From Elusimicrobiota bacterium (GTDB lineage Bacteria; Elusimicrobiota; Elusimicrobia; UBA1565), in the NCBI GenBank assembly GCA_043819795.1, contig JBDREN010000063.1, positions 1-35,079 of the forward strand: a DNA stretch of 35,079 bases, given 5' to 3'. The notes under the pieces are model-generated. The model saw only the letters and a list, made by a program, of their open reading frames with translations. It was not told the origin of the DNA and did no database searches. A program made the position numbers and the translations under genes. This document shows positions 9,959-16,863 of this stretch, one piece after another; position 1 is the stretch's first letter; every line of letters begins with the position of its first letter.

Positions 9959-10119
9959 CAGCCCGTGGCAAAAGTATTTCGGAAGGCGAAATCGCCTGGA
10001 GCGAGCCGAGCCAAGGCGCGACGAGGGAGCATCCCTCGACGGGATGTGACCGAGGAGCAACGCAGGCGCAGGCCGCTTCCAGGCGATTGCAGGCCCCGGA
10101 AGACTTTTGCCACGGGCTG
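9959..10119 (+). mobile_element. MITE-like element, family A, complete copy (161 bp)
   Basis: Perfect 17-bp terminal inverted repeats CAGCCCGTGGCAAAAGT (9959-9975 / 10103-10119), flanked by CTAG at 9955-9958 and 10120-10123. Non-coding; second copy at 1..113. Confidence 0.88.
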
Positions 10120-10144
10120 CTAGCGGCGTCTCCTGCGGGAATCC

Positions 10145-10299
10145 TAGGTGTCAGGCTGAAGCTTTTGAAACTTGTTGCGGAACGGTCCCGTCGTAGCCCG
10201 AGGTTGTCTCCGATCTTTTAATCCGTCCTCTGTCATGGGCTCGACAGCCGGCCAAGTGACGCCGCCCAATCTTCTCCCAAAGATTCAGCCTGACACCTA
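10145..10299. repeat. REP/MITE-like inverted-repeat element, family B (GGTGTCAGGCT...AGCCTGACACC)
   Basis: Perfect 16-bp IR TAGGTGTCAGGCTGAA (10145-10160) / TTCAGCCTGACACCTA (10284-10299). The right arm overlaps the polB stop. Related element at 34877. Confidence 0.75.
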
Positions 10300-12456
10300 T
10301 AATATTTCCTGGGCGGCGCGCTCGAGGAGCTCCAGGTACTTGGCCTCGTCGTACTCGAGCGGGCCTTCCGAGAGCGCTAGCGGGACCGTGCGCCAGTCCT
10401 TGACCGCGTCCTTGGCCGAGGCGATCACGTAGCGGACGGTCTCTCCCCGGTGCAGGCGCAGGCCCGCGGCCGCGAGCCGCTTGGCGGCCAGGGCGTGGAG
10501 CGTGTCGTGGACGTATTCCCCCGGCTCCTTCGAGAGGTGGAACGTGACCGCCAGGTCCTCGGCCGAGACGCGTCCCTCCCTCAGGCGGGCACGGTACTCC
10601 TCCACGAGCGTCTCGAGCCGGCCCCGCAGCGCCCGGCACGCGGCCAGGCCGTCGGCGCGGGCCAGAAGCTTCAATAGCCTCATCTGCATCTGGGCGAGCA
10701 CGGCCGGCGTGTCGCGCCGCCTGAGCGCCAGCCCGCGGACCTTCGTCTCGCCTCCGGCGAAGACGCCGAAGTAGCGGGCCGGGACGCCGGAGCGCGGGTC
10801 CGTCTTCGAGGGGCAGAAGCGGATCCAGCGGTACACCCCCTCCAGGCCCACGGGGCAGCCCGCCTCCGCCTCGATGGCCCGGCGCAGGGCCTCGTAGTCG
10901 GAGCCGGGCGCGCCCTGGACCCATACCGCGTCCACGAGCGCGTGCAGCATGCGCAGGCCCCGGCGCTCCACAGCCTCCTTGGCCCGCAGGAGGACCTCCC
11001 GGCCGCAGGCCGTCACGCATTCGTGGGCCTCGATCTTCCCGAAGCGGGCGTTCTTGAACCCGAGGTATCCGAAACAAGTGACCAGGATCCACTTGTGCGC
11101 CGATGCGCGCCGCTTGTAAGAGTCCCGCCGCGGCCCTTCCTTTTTAGCCAGGGCCTTGTAGCGGGCGCGTTTGGCCAGGATCGGGGCGATCACCTTAGGT
11201 ACGAGCCCTCGCCTGCGGCGGCACAGATGGTGCCCGATCTCGGGGACGCGGTTGTCCGGGCAACAGGGGCAATTGACGGTCTCGGGGGAGATGTTCCAGC
11301 GGGCCATCAGCGTCGGGTACATGGAGACGAAGTCGTACTCGGCCACCTCTTCGTGCCAGCCCACCTCCGGCTCGTAGACCAGCCCGCCCTTGTCGGCCGT
11401 CACCAGGGCGTCGGCGGGCCGGAAGTCCTCGGCCTGCTCTTTATCCATCGGGACGAGCACGCCGTCCTTCCACGCCTGGTTCATCTGCATCGAGCTCAAG
11501 GAAGTGCCGATCGTGCAGCGGGCGGCGCGCTGGACCGGGATGCGGGCGATGCGGGCGATCTCCACGAGGCCGTCGAGCCCGCTCTCCTTGAGCGTGAAGC
11601 TGTTCTTGAGGTCGAGGTGCCAGCGGCCGAAGAGGTAGCGGACGTCCGTCTGGTAGACGGCGCGGCCGTAGGTGTAGAAGCTCCTCCCGCCGCGGCCGGA
11701 CATCGCGCGGCCCGGGTCTCGCGAGAGGGGGAGCGGCCGTCCGAGCCGCTCGGCAAGCGAGGCGAGGCGGGGCAGGAGGTAGCTGTCTCCCCATTCGGTC
11801 GTGACGACGTCGGGGTCCCACTCGCGGAGGCGGCGCGCGAGGGACTCGAGCTGCTCCTCCGCCGTCCCCTGGAGCTCGCAGGCGTAGCCGTCCATGGTCA
11901 GGGTCAGCGTGCCGCGGGGCGCGTGGTTGGGGTCGATGCGGCCGGCGGTCTCCGAGCCGCTTAGCGCCAGGTGGAGCGTGCGCATGGGCGGCAGCTCGTA
12001 GTCCGGGGCCCAGGGGTCGTCTTGGAGCTCCCAGTCCCCCAGCCGGTCCCCCTCCAGCTCGAACGCGCAGCGGGCCAGGGGGAAGTGGCCTCGCTCATAA
12101 TGCCAGACCTGCGCGGGATGGATGTCGGCGTTATAAAGGGAAAGCCCGAGCCGGCGGAGCCGGCGCACGAGCGGGCCGTGGGCCGGCGGGGACGTCCGGA
12201 CCTCCAGGACGGAGCGTGCCTCGCCCGAGAAGAGCTCCGTCCGGCGGACCCAGCGGCACCGGACGGGATGCGGAAGGGAGCGAAGGAGGGCTAAGGCGCG
12301 GCGCATGCCCGGCCGGGGACCGGAGACGCAGAGGCCGGGGCGCCAGGCGTCCAGGAAGCTGTGGCTGCCGCCCTCGGCGTCCAGGACCCATACCCGGATC
12401 CCTTCCGGTTCGGGATAGGCGTCGAAGATCCAGCCTTCCACCCGGCGCGGTTTCAT
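10297..12456 (-). CDS. B-family DNA polymerase, PolB2 (Dpo2-like) group, 719 aa
   Basis: Motif A YDFVSMYP; motif B variant KWILVTCFGYLG (canonical KxxxNSxYG); motif C variant ALVDA (canonical YGDTDS); KVRGLALRRRDTP. Exonuclease motifs are degenerate. Confidence 0.88.
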   Translation of the reverse strand: MKPRRVEGWIFDAYPEPEGIRVWVLDAEGGSHSFLDAWRPGLCVSGPRPGMRRALALLRSLPHPVRCRWVRRTELFSGEARSVLEVRTSPPAHGPLVRRLRRLGLSLYNADIHPAQVWHYERGHFPLARCAFELEGDRLGDWELQDDPWAPDYELPPMRTLHLALSGSETAGRIDPNHAPRGTLTLTMDGYACELQGTAEEQLESLARRLREWDPDVVTTEWGDSYLLPRLASLAERLGRPLPLSRDPGRAMSGRGGRSFYTYGRAVYQTDVRYLFGRWHLDLKNSFTLKESGLDGLVEIARIARIPVQRAARCTIGTSLSSMQMNQAWKDGVLVPMDKEQAEDFRPADALVTADKGGLVYEPEVGWHEEVAEYDFVSMYPTLMARWNISPETVNCPCCPDNRVPEIGHHLCRRRRGLVPKVIAPILAKRARYKALAKKEGPRRDSYKRRASAHKWILVTCFGYLGFKNARFGKIEAHECVTACGREVLLRAKEAVERRGLRMLHALVDAVWVQGAPGSDYEALRRAIEAEAGCPVGLEGVYRWIRFCPSKTDPRSGVPARYFGVFAGGETKVRGLALRRRDTPAVLAQMQMRLLKLLARADGLAACRALRGRLETLVEEYRARLREGRVSAEDLAVTFHLSKEPGEYVHDTLHALAAKRLAAAGLRLHRGETVRYVIASAKDAVKDWRTVPLALSEGPLEYDEAKYLELLERAAQEIL

Positions 12457-12728
12457 GAACGATCACGGATTAAGGCCGCGCGTAATTCCATCAGCAGGCG
12501 CTCGAGCTCCTCCGCCCGGCGCTCGAGGCCCACGAGCATCGCCATGAAGACGCTCTCCAGCGGCACCGCCCGGCTCGCCATGGAGGCCGGGGCCGCGTGC
12601 CGGCGGACGTGGCGCCAGAGGGCGTCGAAGGCCTCCTGGTCCTCGCGGCGCAGGGCGCGCCGGAAGCGCCTCCAGTTCTCCTTCTCGATCTCCAGGGTCT
12701 GGATGATCGTGGGCAAAGTCCGTCCCAT
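12453..12728 (-). CDS. Small alpha-helical PolB2-associated protein (PPB2 / arCOG07300-like), 91 aa
   Basis: MGRT start and FRRALRREDQEAFDALW motif, recalled as typical of this family. ATGA overlap with polB. Confidence 0.75.
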   Translation of the reverse strand: MGRTLPTIIQTLEIEKENWRRFRRALRREDQEAFDALWRHVRRHAAPASMASRAVPLESVFMAMLVGLERRAEELERLLMELRAALIRDRS

Positions 12729-12732
12729 GGCC

Positions 12733-13344
12733 TTACCGCCCGATGATCCGGGCCATCGTCCGCAGCCGCGGGGGGACTTCCTCCTCCGCGAGCCGGAGGA
12801 GACGGTCGGAACGCCGGATCAGGGAATCCAGCACGCACGCGCGCTCCTTCGGCGCTTTTCGCTCCACGGCCAGGACCATCCAGAGCGCCGGCAGCCGCCC
12901 GAGGCATCCCAGGACGCGGGGAAGCATCCGGCGGACCTGGGCTCGCGGCAGGTCCTCGTCGAGGAACGGGGCCAGCGGATCGGAGAGGACCACCGGCTCG
13001 CCGCGCCACGCCGCCGGCAGCTTGCGCCGGAGGATCGTCTCGAGCTGGAATACGTTGAAGGGCCTGGCCAAGCGGACGCGCGCGAGGGCGCGGCGCGGGT
13101 CCGCGCCCAGGTCCCGCGCGGCGCGGCCGAGGCCGTAGGCGTCGAACCGGTTGCCCGCGTCGATCCAATAGACGCGCAGTCCGCGCTCGAGGGCCGGGGC
13201 CAGAGCCGAGAGGAACCATGCGGGCAGCCAGGACGAGCCCAGCGCCGTATGGACGCGGGAGCGGGCCCGCCGGGGCCGGGCGGGGGCCATGGGGCGCAGC
13301 GCCCACCCTAAAGAGTCCGCGAGGTCGCGCGCGTCTCCCGCCAT
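12733..13344 (-). CDS. Inactive RecA/RadA-like protein (iRadA / ImuA analogue), 203 aa
   Basis: VYWIDAGNRFDAY and RVRLARPFNVFQL are RadA-like segments; VVLSD is Walker-B-like; there is no Walker A GxxxxGKT. GGGAGG RBS. Lies between lexA and PPB2. Confidence 0.72.
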   Translation of the reverse strand: MAGDARDLADSLGWALRPMAPARPRRARSRVHTALGSSWLPAWFLSALAPALERGLRVYWIDAGNRFDAYGLGRAARDLGADPRRALARVRLARPFNVFQLETILRRKLPAAWRGEPVVLSDPLAPFLDEDLPRAQVRRMLPRVLGCLGRLPALWMVLAVERKAPKERACVLDSLIRRSDRLLRLAEEEVPPRLRTMARIIGR

Positions 13345-13359
13345 GGGAGCCTCCCTTTT

Positions 13360-13947
13360 TTAGCGGTCGTAGCGGCGGATGAGGCCGACGACTTTCCCGA
13401 CGATCTTGAAGTCCTTCGCGATCGGCGGGTAGGCCGGGTTGGCCGATTCCAGGCGGCGGTCCCGGCCCCGCCGCGCGAGCCGCTTGACGACGCCCTCGTC
13501 CTGGACGAGGGCGACCACGATGTCGCCGTCCTCGGCGGCGTCCTGCCGGCGCACCTGGACGAGGTCGCCCTCGAGTATGCCGGCCGCGTCCATGCTGTCG
13601 CCGCGCACGCGCAGGAGGAAGTGGGCCCCCCGCAGGAGGTCCTTGTCGGGGTCGACGTAGCCTTCGATATCCTCCTGGGCGATCATGCCCTCGCCGGCCC
13701 CGACCCTACCGAGGATGGGCAGGCGCAGGGGATGCGACGCGAGGCTCAGTCCCCGGCTGATCGCGCCCATGCGCTTGATGAGCCCTTTTTCCGCGAGGAC
13801 CTTGAGGTGATAGGCCACCGAGCTCGGCGCCGCGATCCGGAAGCGCCGGCCGATCTCCCGGATCGTGGGCGGGTAGCCGTCTCCGCGGATGGCGTCCGTG
13901 ATGAACGCGAAGATTCTCTTCTGCAGCTGCGTGATTTGAGTGGACAT
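13360..13947 (-). CDS. lexA: SOS repressor LexA, 195 aa
   Basis: wHTH GYPPTIREIG...YHLKVLAEKGLI, cleavage site GRVGA-G, catalytic Ser (VRGDSM) and Lys (VVKRL). Confidence 0.95.
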   Translation of the reverse strand: MSTQITQLQKRIFAFITDAIRGDGYPPTIREIGRRFRIAAPSSVAYHLKVLAEKGLIKRMGAISRGLSLASHPLRLPILGRVGAGEGMIAQEDIEGYVDPDKDLLRGAHFLLRVRGDSMDAAGILEGDLVQVRRQDAAEDGDIVVALVQDEGVVKRLARRGRDRRLESANPAYPPIAKDFKIVGKVVGLIRRYDR

Positions 13948-13955
13948 CCGCGCAT

Positions 13956-13984
13956 AGTTTAGTGTACAAATGTACAGTTGTCAA
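13956..13984 (-). promoter_or_regulatory. lexA promoter (TTGACA-17-TAAACT) containing candidate SOS box TGTAC-N4-GTACA at 13963-13976
   Basis: Perfect -35 at 13984-13979, -10 at 13961-13956, and the dyad TGTACAAATGTACA in the spacer. ATG lies 8 nt after the -10. Confidence 0.8.
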
Positions 13985-14014
13985 GGGGGCGTTCCCCACG
14001 CTACACTACCCAAT

Positions 14015-14305
14015 ATGATCGTCGCCTCCTGCCGGATCACGCTCTACCTCGACGAGGCGCGCTCCCTTAAGGAAAAGCGTCGCGTCGCGAAGGGCCTGTC
14101 GCAGCGCCTTCGCGAGCGCTACAACGTCTCGGTGGCGGAGGTGGACGCCGAGACCCGGGACCTTTGGCAGAAGGCCGTGCTCGGGGTCGCGCTGGTGGCT
14201 CCGGGGCTCGGCGAGGCGGAGACCCGCCTCGATCGCGTCCTGCGCGACGTCGAGGAGTGGAGCGGGGTCAAGCACGTCGAGTTCGAGCCCGCGTACCACG
14301 GCTGA
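14015..14305 (+). CDS. DUF503 / YlxP family protein
   Basis: SLKEKRRV...RYNVSVAEVD...DLWQKAVLGVA family signature. Start placed at ATG 14015, 7 nt after TACACT. Confidence 0.85.
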   Translation: MIVASCRITLYLDEARSLKEKRRVAKGLSQRLRERYNVSVAEVDAETRDLWQKAVLGVALVAPGLGEAETRLDRVLRDVEEWSGVKHVEFEPAYHG

Positions 14306-14314
14306 GCCTGAGCC

Positions 14315-14947
14315 ATGAATCCGGCGGGGATCCTCTCCATGGTCGGGCACTACGGCCTGGCCTTCCTGTCCGGGGCCGTGGTCCTGGTCCTCGAGATCCT
14401 GGGCTCCCGCCTCCTCGCCCCCTTTTTCGGGACGACCGTCCACGTGTGGTCGGCCTTGATCACGGTGGCCCTCGCCGCTCTGGCGGCGGGCTACGCGGCC
14501 GGAGGCTGGCTGGCGGACCGGAAGCCTCCTCTCAAGGCGCTGGGCGGCGCGCTGGCCGCCGGCGGCTTGTGGCTGCTGATCCTTCCGGCGATCCGCCGGC
14601 CGGCGCTCCTGGCCGCGGGGGGGCTCGGCGTCTCGGGCGGGGCGCTGGCCGGGGCCGCGCTGCTGCTGGCGGTCCCGCTCCTGTGCCTCGGGACCGTGCC
14701 GCCGCTGTGCGTCCGCCTCCGGACCAAGAGCCTCGGCCGCCTCGGCCGCGAGGTCGGCGCCGTCATCTCGGTCTCCACGGCCGGCGGCGTGCTGGGGGCG
14801 CTGGCTGCGGGTTTCTACCTCATCCCGCTGGTGGGCGCCGGGGCGATCCTGCTCGGCTCGGCCGCGCTGGTCCTTCTGCTGTCGGCCGCGTGCTTCGGGG
14901 CGGTGTACTCCGGGCGGGCGCGCGGGACAGAGGCTTTCCAAAAATAA
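14315..14947 (+). CDS. Membrane protein: N-terminal MFS-like domain of fused MFS/spermidine synthase proteins, without the methyltransferase-like domain
   Basis: FLSGAVVLVLEILGSRLLAPFFGTTVHVWSALI and STAGGVLGALAAGFYLIP motifs; ~6-7 hydrophobic helices; stops at 210 aa. Confidence 0.75.
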   Translation: MNPAGILSMVGHYGLAFLSGAVVLVLEILGSRLLAPFFGTTVHVWSALITVALAALAAGYAAGGWLADRKPPLKALGGALAAGGLWLLILPAIRRPALLAAGGLGVSGGALAGAALLLAVPLLCLGTVPPLCVRLRTKSLGRLGREVGAVISVSTAGGVLGALAAGFYLIPLVGAGAILLGSAALVLLLSAACFGAVYSGRARGTEAFQK

Positions 14948-15002
14948 AGATCGGGCGCGTTGCGCAGCGCCCGATCTCGAGGATCCGTTCGGGTTTTCCC
15001 GC

Positions 15003-15881
15003 TTATCTCCCGGTGTCTGTGCGCGACTCCCGGGCCGCCTTCAACTGCTCCTTGAGGTACTCCAGGTGGATGGCCTGCTCGTTGTAGCCGATGCAACTGA
15101 ACCCGAAATTGGCGAGATGGACCATCAGCCGGGTCTCCACCTGCTCGTGGCCCGCCTTTTCGCTGAGTTCCGCCCACCGGGGGACGTCCTCGGGCTCAAC
15201 GTAGGCCGACGCCACCGACATCGTGGCGACCTCCTCGAACGCGTTGACCTCGGCCTCCGCGCTGGTGTCGATCGTGCCGGAGGGGTCCACGCCGTGCCTC
15301 TTGTCGAAGTCCTTCCAGGCCACGTCCTCGCTGATGTCGATGCCGTACCTCTTGTAGAACTTCTTGAGGTTCCAGAGCTGGACCCGCTTGTGCCGGATGA
15401 GGGGCATGAGCTTGGCCGCCTCGTTCCGGATCTTCGTCTCGATCGCGTTGATGGTCCTATCGAGATTGGAAAGGGTTCCGTCGAAGCCCCCGGGGAGCTT
15501 CAAGACGCTGTCCGCGGCTTTGGCGGGACCGCCCGGCTCCGCCGGATACTCCTCCGGAGTGAGGGTGTATTCGATGACGTTCGTGTCCTCGGAGGGCTCG
15601 GCTGCGGGCGCCGCCTCTTCGGCCGGGCCCGAGACGAGTACACGCCCGGCCGGCACGGGCGCGGGGGCCGCCTCTTGGCCGGGGCCCGAAACTAGTACGC
15701 GCCCGACCGGCACGGGCGTGGGGGCCGCCTCTTGGCCGGGGCCCGAGACGAATACGCGCCGGATCGGCGCGGGCAAATCTTCGGCGAGTTCGGCGACCTG
15801 TTGAGCCGCGGCCGGCAGGGCCAGCGCCAAGGCCGAGGCCAGGAATATCGCTAAACCGGTGATCGGGGTTCTTCGTGTCAT
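15003..15881 (-). CDS. Secreted hypothetical protein with internal 19-aa repeats, 292 aa
   Basis: Signal peptide MTRRTPITGLAIFLASALALALPAAA, AGGAGG RBS, and an upstream TACAAT (15915-15910). Confidence 0.7.
   Translation of the reverse strand: MTRRTPITGLAIFLASALALALPAAAQQVAELAEDLPAPIRRVFVSGPGQEAAPTPVPVGRVLVSGPGQEAAPAPVPAGRVLVSGPAEEAAPAAEPSEDTNVIEYTLTPEEYPAEPGGPAKAADSVLKLPGGFDGTLSNLDRTINAIETKIRNEAAKLMPLIRHKRVQLWNLKKFYKRYGIDISEDVAWKDFDKRHGVDPSGTIDTSAEAEVNAFEEVATMSVASAYVEPEDVPRWAELSEKAGHEQVETRLMVHLANFGFSCIGYNEQAIHLEYLKEQLKAARESRTDTGR
15604..15758 (-). repeat. Intragenic tandem repeat, 57-bp unit x ~2.7
   Basis: Encodes RVFVSGPGQEAAPTPVPVG / RVLVSGPGQEAAPAPVPAG / RVLVSGPAEEAAPA. Confidence 0.85.
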
Positions 15882-15998
15882 GGTGTGCCTCCTGTTCGTT
15901 ATCGGCTTTATTGTAGCCGGGGATGTGCGGACGCGCCAGGCCCAGAAGGGGCAAGGGAGTGGGGGGGGCGGGGCCTAGGCCGGAGTGGGTCCTAGGGC

Positions 15999-16052
15999 CT
16001 AGTGTAGTGTCCTGTAAATAACTGGCCAGTTATTTACGGGACACTACATTAG
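15999..16052. repeat. 54-bp loopless palindrome; possible minimal MITE (family C) with CTAG/TTAG flanks
   Basis: CTAGTGTAGTGTCCTGTAAATAACTGG|CCAGTTATTTACGGGACACTACATTAG: 27-bp arms with 2 mismatches, AT-rich in a GC-rich context. Confidence 0.75.
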
Positions 16053-16103
16053 TGGGCGCAACGCCGTGCTGAGATGGGAAACGGCGGCGGGAGGGGTGCG
16101 TTC

Positions 16104-16137
16104 CCCGGGGGAGGCGGGTCTTTCCGCCTTCCCCGGG
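16104..16137 (-). terminator. GC-rich hairpin downstream of the 130-aa gene
   Basis: CCCGGGGGAGGCGG / CCGCCTTCCCCGGG stem; no clear U-tract. Confidence 0.4.
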
Positions 16138-16176
16138 ACGACGAACCGGCGACGGGAGCCGGTCCGTCGGGGGACG

Positions 16177-16569
16177 TCAGTTCATCCGCGCCTTGTCCCG
16201 AGGCCGATGCCGGGCGCTGCGGGCGCCCCGCGTCGCCGGCTTCGCGCTCTTGGCGACCGCGGAGAGGATCTCGAGCTCGGAGATGACGCGGAAGGGGCGC
16301 GCGTTGGTGGTGGCCGCGCCGGTCTCAGTGAGTACCCTCGCGACGACCTTGTGGCTTCCCGCCGGGGCGCAATGCCAGTCGTACCACCAATACCCCATCG
16401 AGGGCCTGCAGGCCCGCCAGGGGCTGCCGTCGATCGACAATTCCACCTGGCCGTGGACTTTGGCCTCGATCCGGAACGAGTAGTGGCGGGGCAATATCCG
16501 CTCGTGAAGCTGCGGGTAGTTGATGAGTATCTTCGTCCCGGTGATCCTTCTAGCCGACTTGACAGCCAT
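16177..16569 (-). CDS. Hypothetical protein, probable small Ig-like beta-sandwich, 130 aa
   Basis: GGAGGAG RBS. The VELSIDGSPW...WWYDW...GSHKVVARV pattern resembles bacterial Ig-like domains. Confidence 0.65.
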   Translation of the reverse strand: MAVKSARRITGTKILINYPQLHERILPRHYSFRIEAKVHGQVELSIDGSPWRACRPSMGYWWYDWHCAPAGSHKVVARVLTETGAATTNARPFRVISELEILSAVAKSAKPATRGARSARHRPRDKARMN

Positions 16570-16583
16570 CTCGATCTCCTCCA

Positions 16584-16772
16584 GTCGCAGAGGCCTTGCG
16601 CAAACGTCCCTGTCCGATGTTTTCTCCGGTGGTTGTTAAGGGCGGCTTCTACTCCAACGCCACGTGGCGGACCTTCGCCTGCTCTACTCTTTGGAAGGAG
16701 CTGCTTCAGGAGGCCGTTGTCGTGGTTGGCTGTCCCCGCGTCAGGGCCGACGTGTTACCTCACCTCTGCGAC
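16584..16772. ncRNA. Candidate ~190-nt structured RNA / leader, family and strand unresolved
   Basis: The ends pair (GTCGCAGAGG / CCTCTGCGAC), with further nested stems. A minus-strand promoter TTGCCA-17-TACCGT lies at 16822-16794. Confidence 0.35.
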
Positions 16773-16833
16773 GAATGCTGACGACTGCGGAACACGGTAT
16801 CATTTAATCCCCATTTTGGCAACAATCTCAAGC

Positions 16834-16850
16834 TTGGTGTTTTTGTTGCT
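16834..16850 (+). promoter_or_regulatory. sigma54-type -24/-12 promoter of the cytochrome c operon
   Basis: TTGGTGTTTTTGTTGCT: GG at 16836-37, 10 nt, GC at 16848-49. Confidence 0.6.
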
Positions 16851-16863
16851 AATATCTACTTGA

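Noticed and set aside
10297..12456. PolB as a marker of a prophage, casposon or pipolin
   Set aside because: No integrase, cas1, capsid or att sites nearby. Motifs and neighbours fit a cellular PolB2 operon, and the adjacent inverted repeats are self-contained small elements.
15948..15990. G-run cluster / G-quadruplex
   Set aside because: G-runs are frequent in this GC-rich window; there is no independent support.
16811..16824. Shared activator site CCATTTTGGCAACA / CCTTCTGGAAACA (25295-25307)
   Set aside because: Similarity is weak, and the sites are too close to the -24 elements for typical enhancers.
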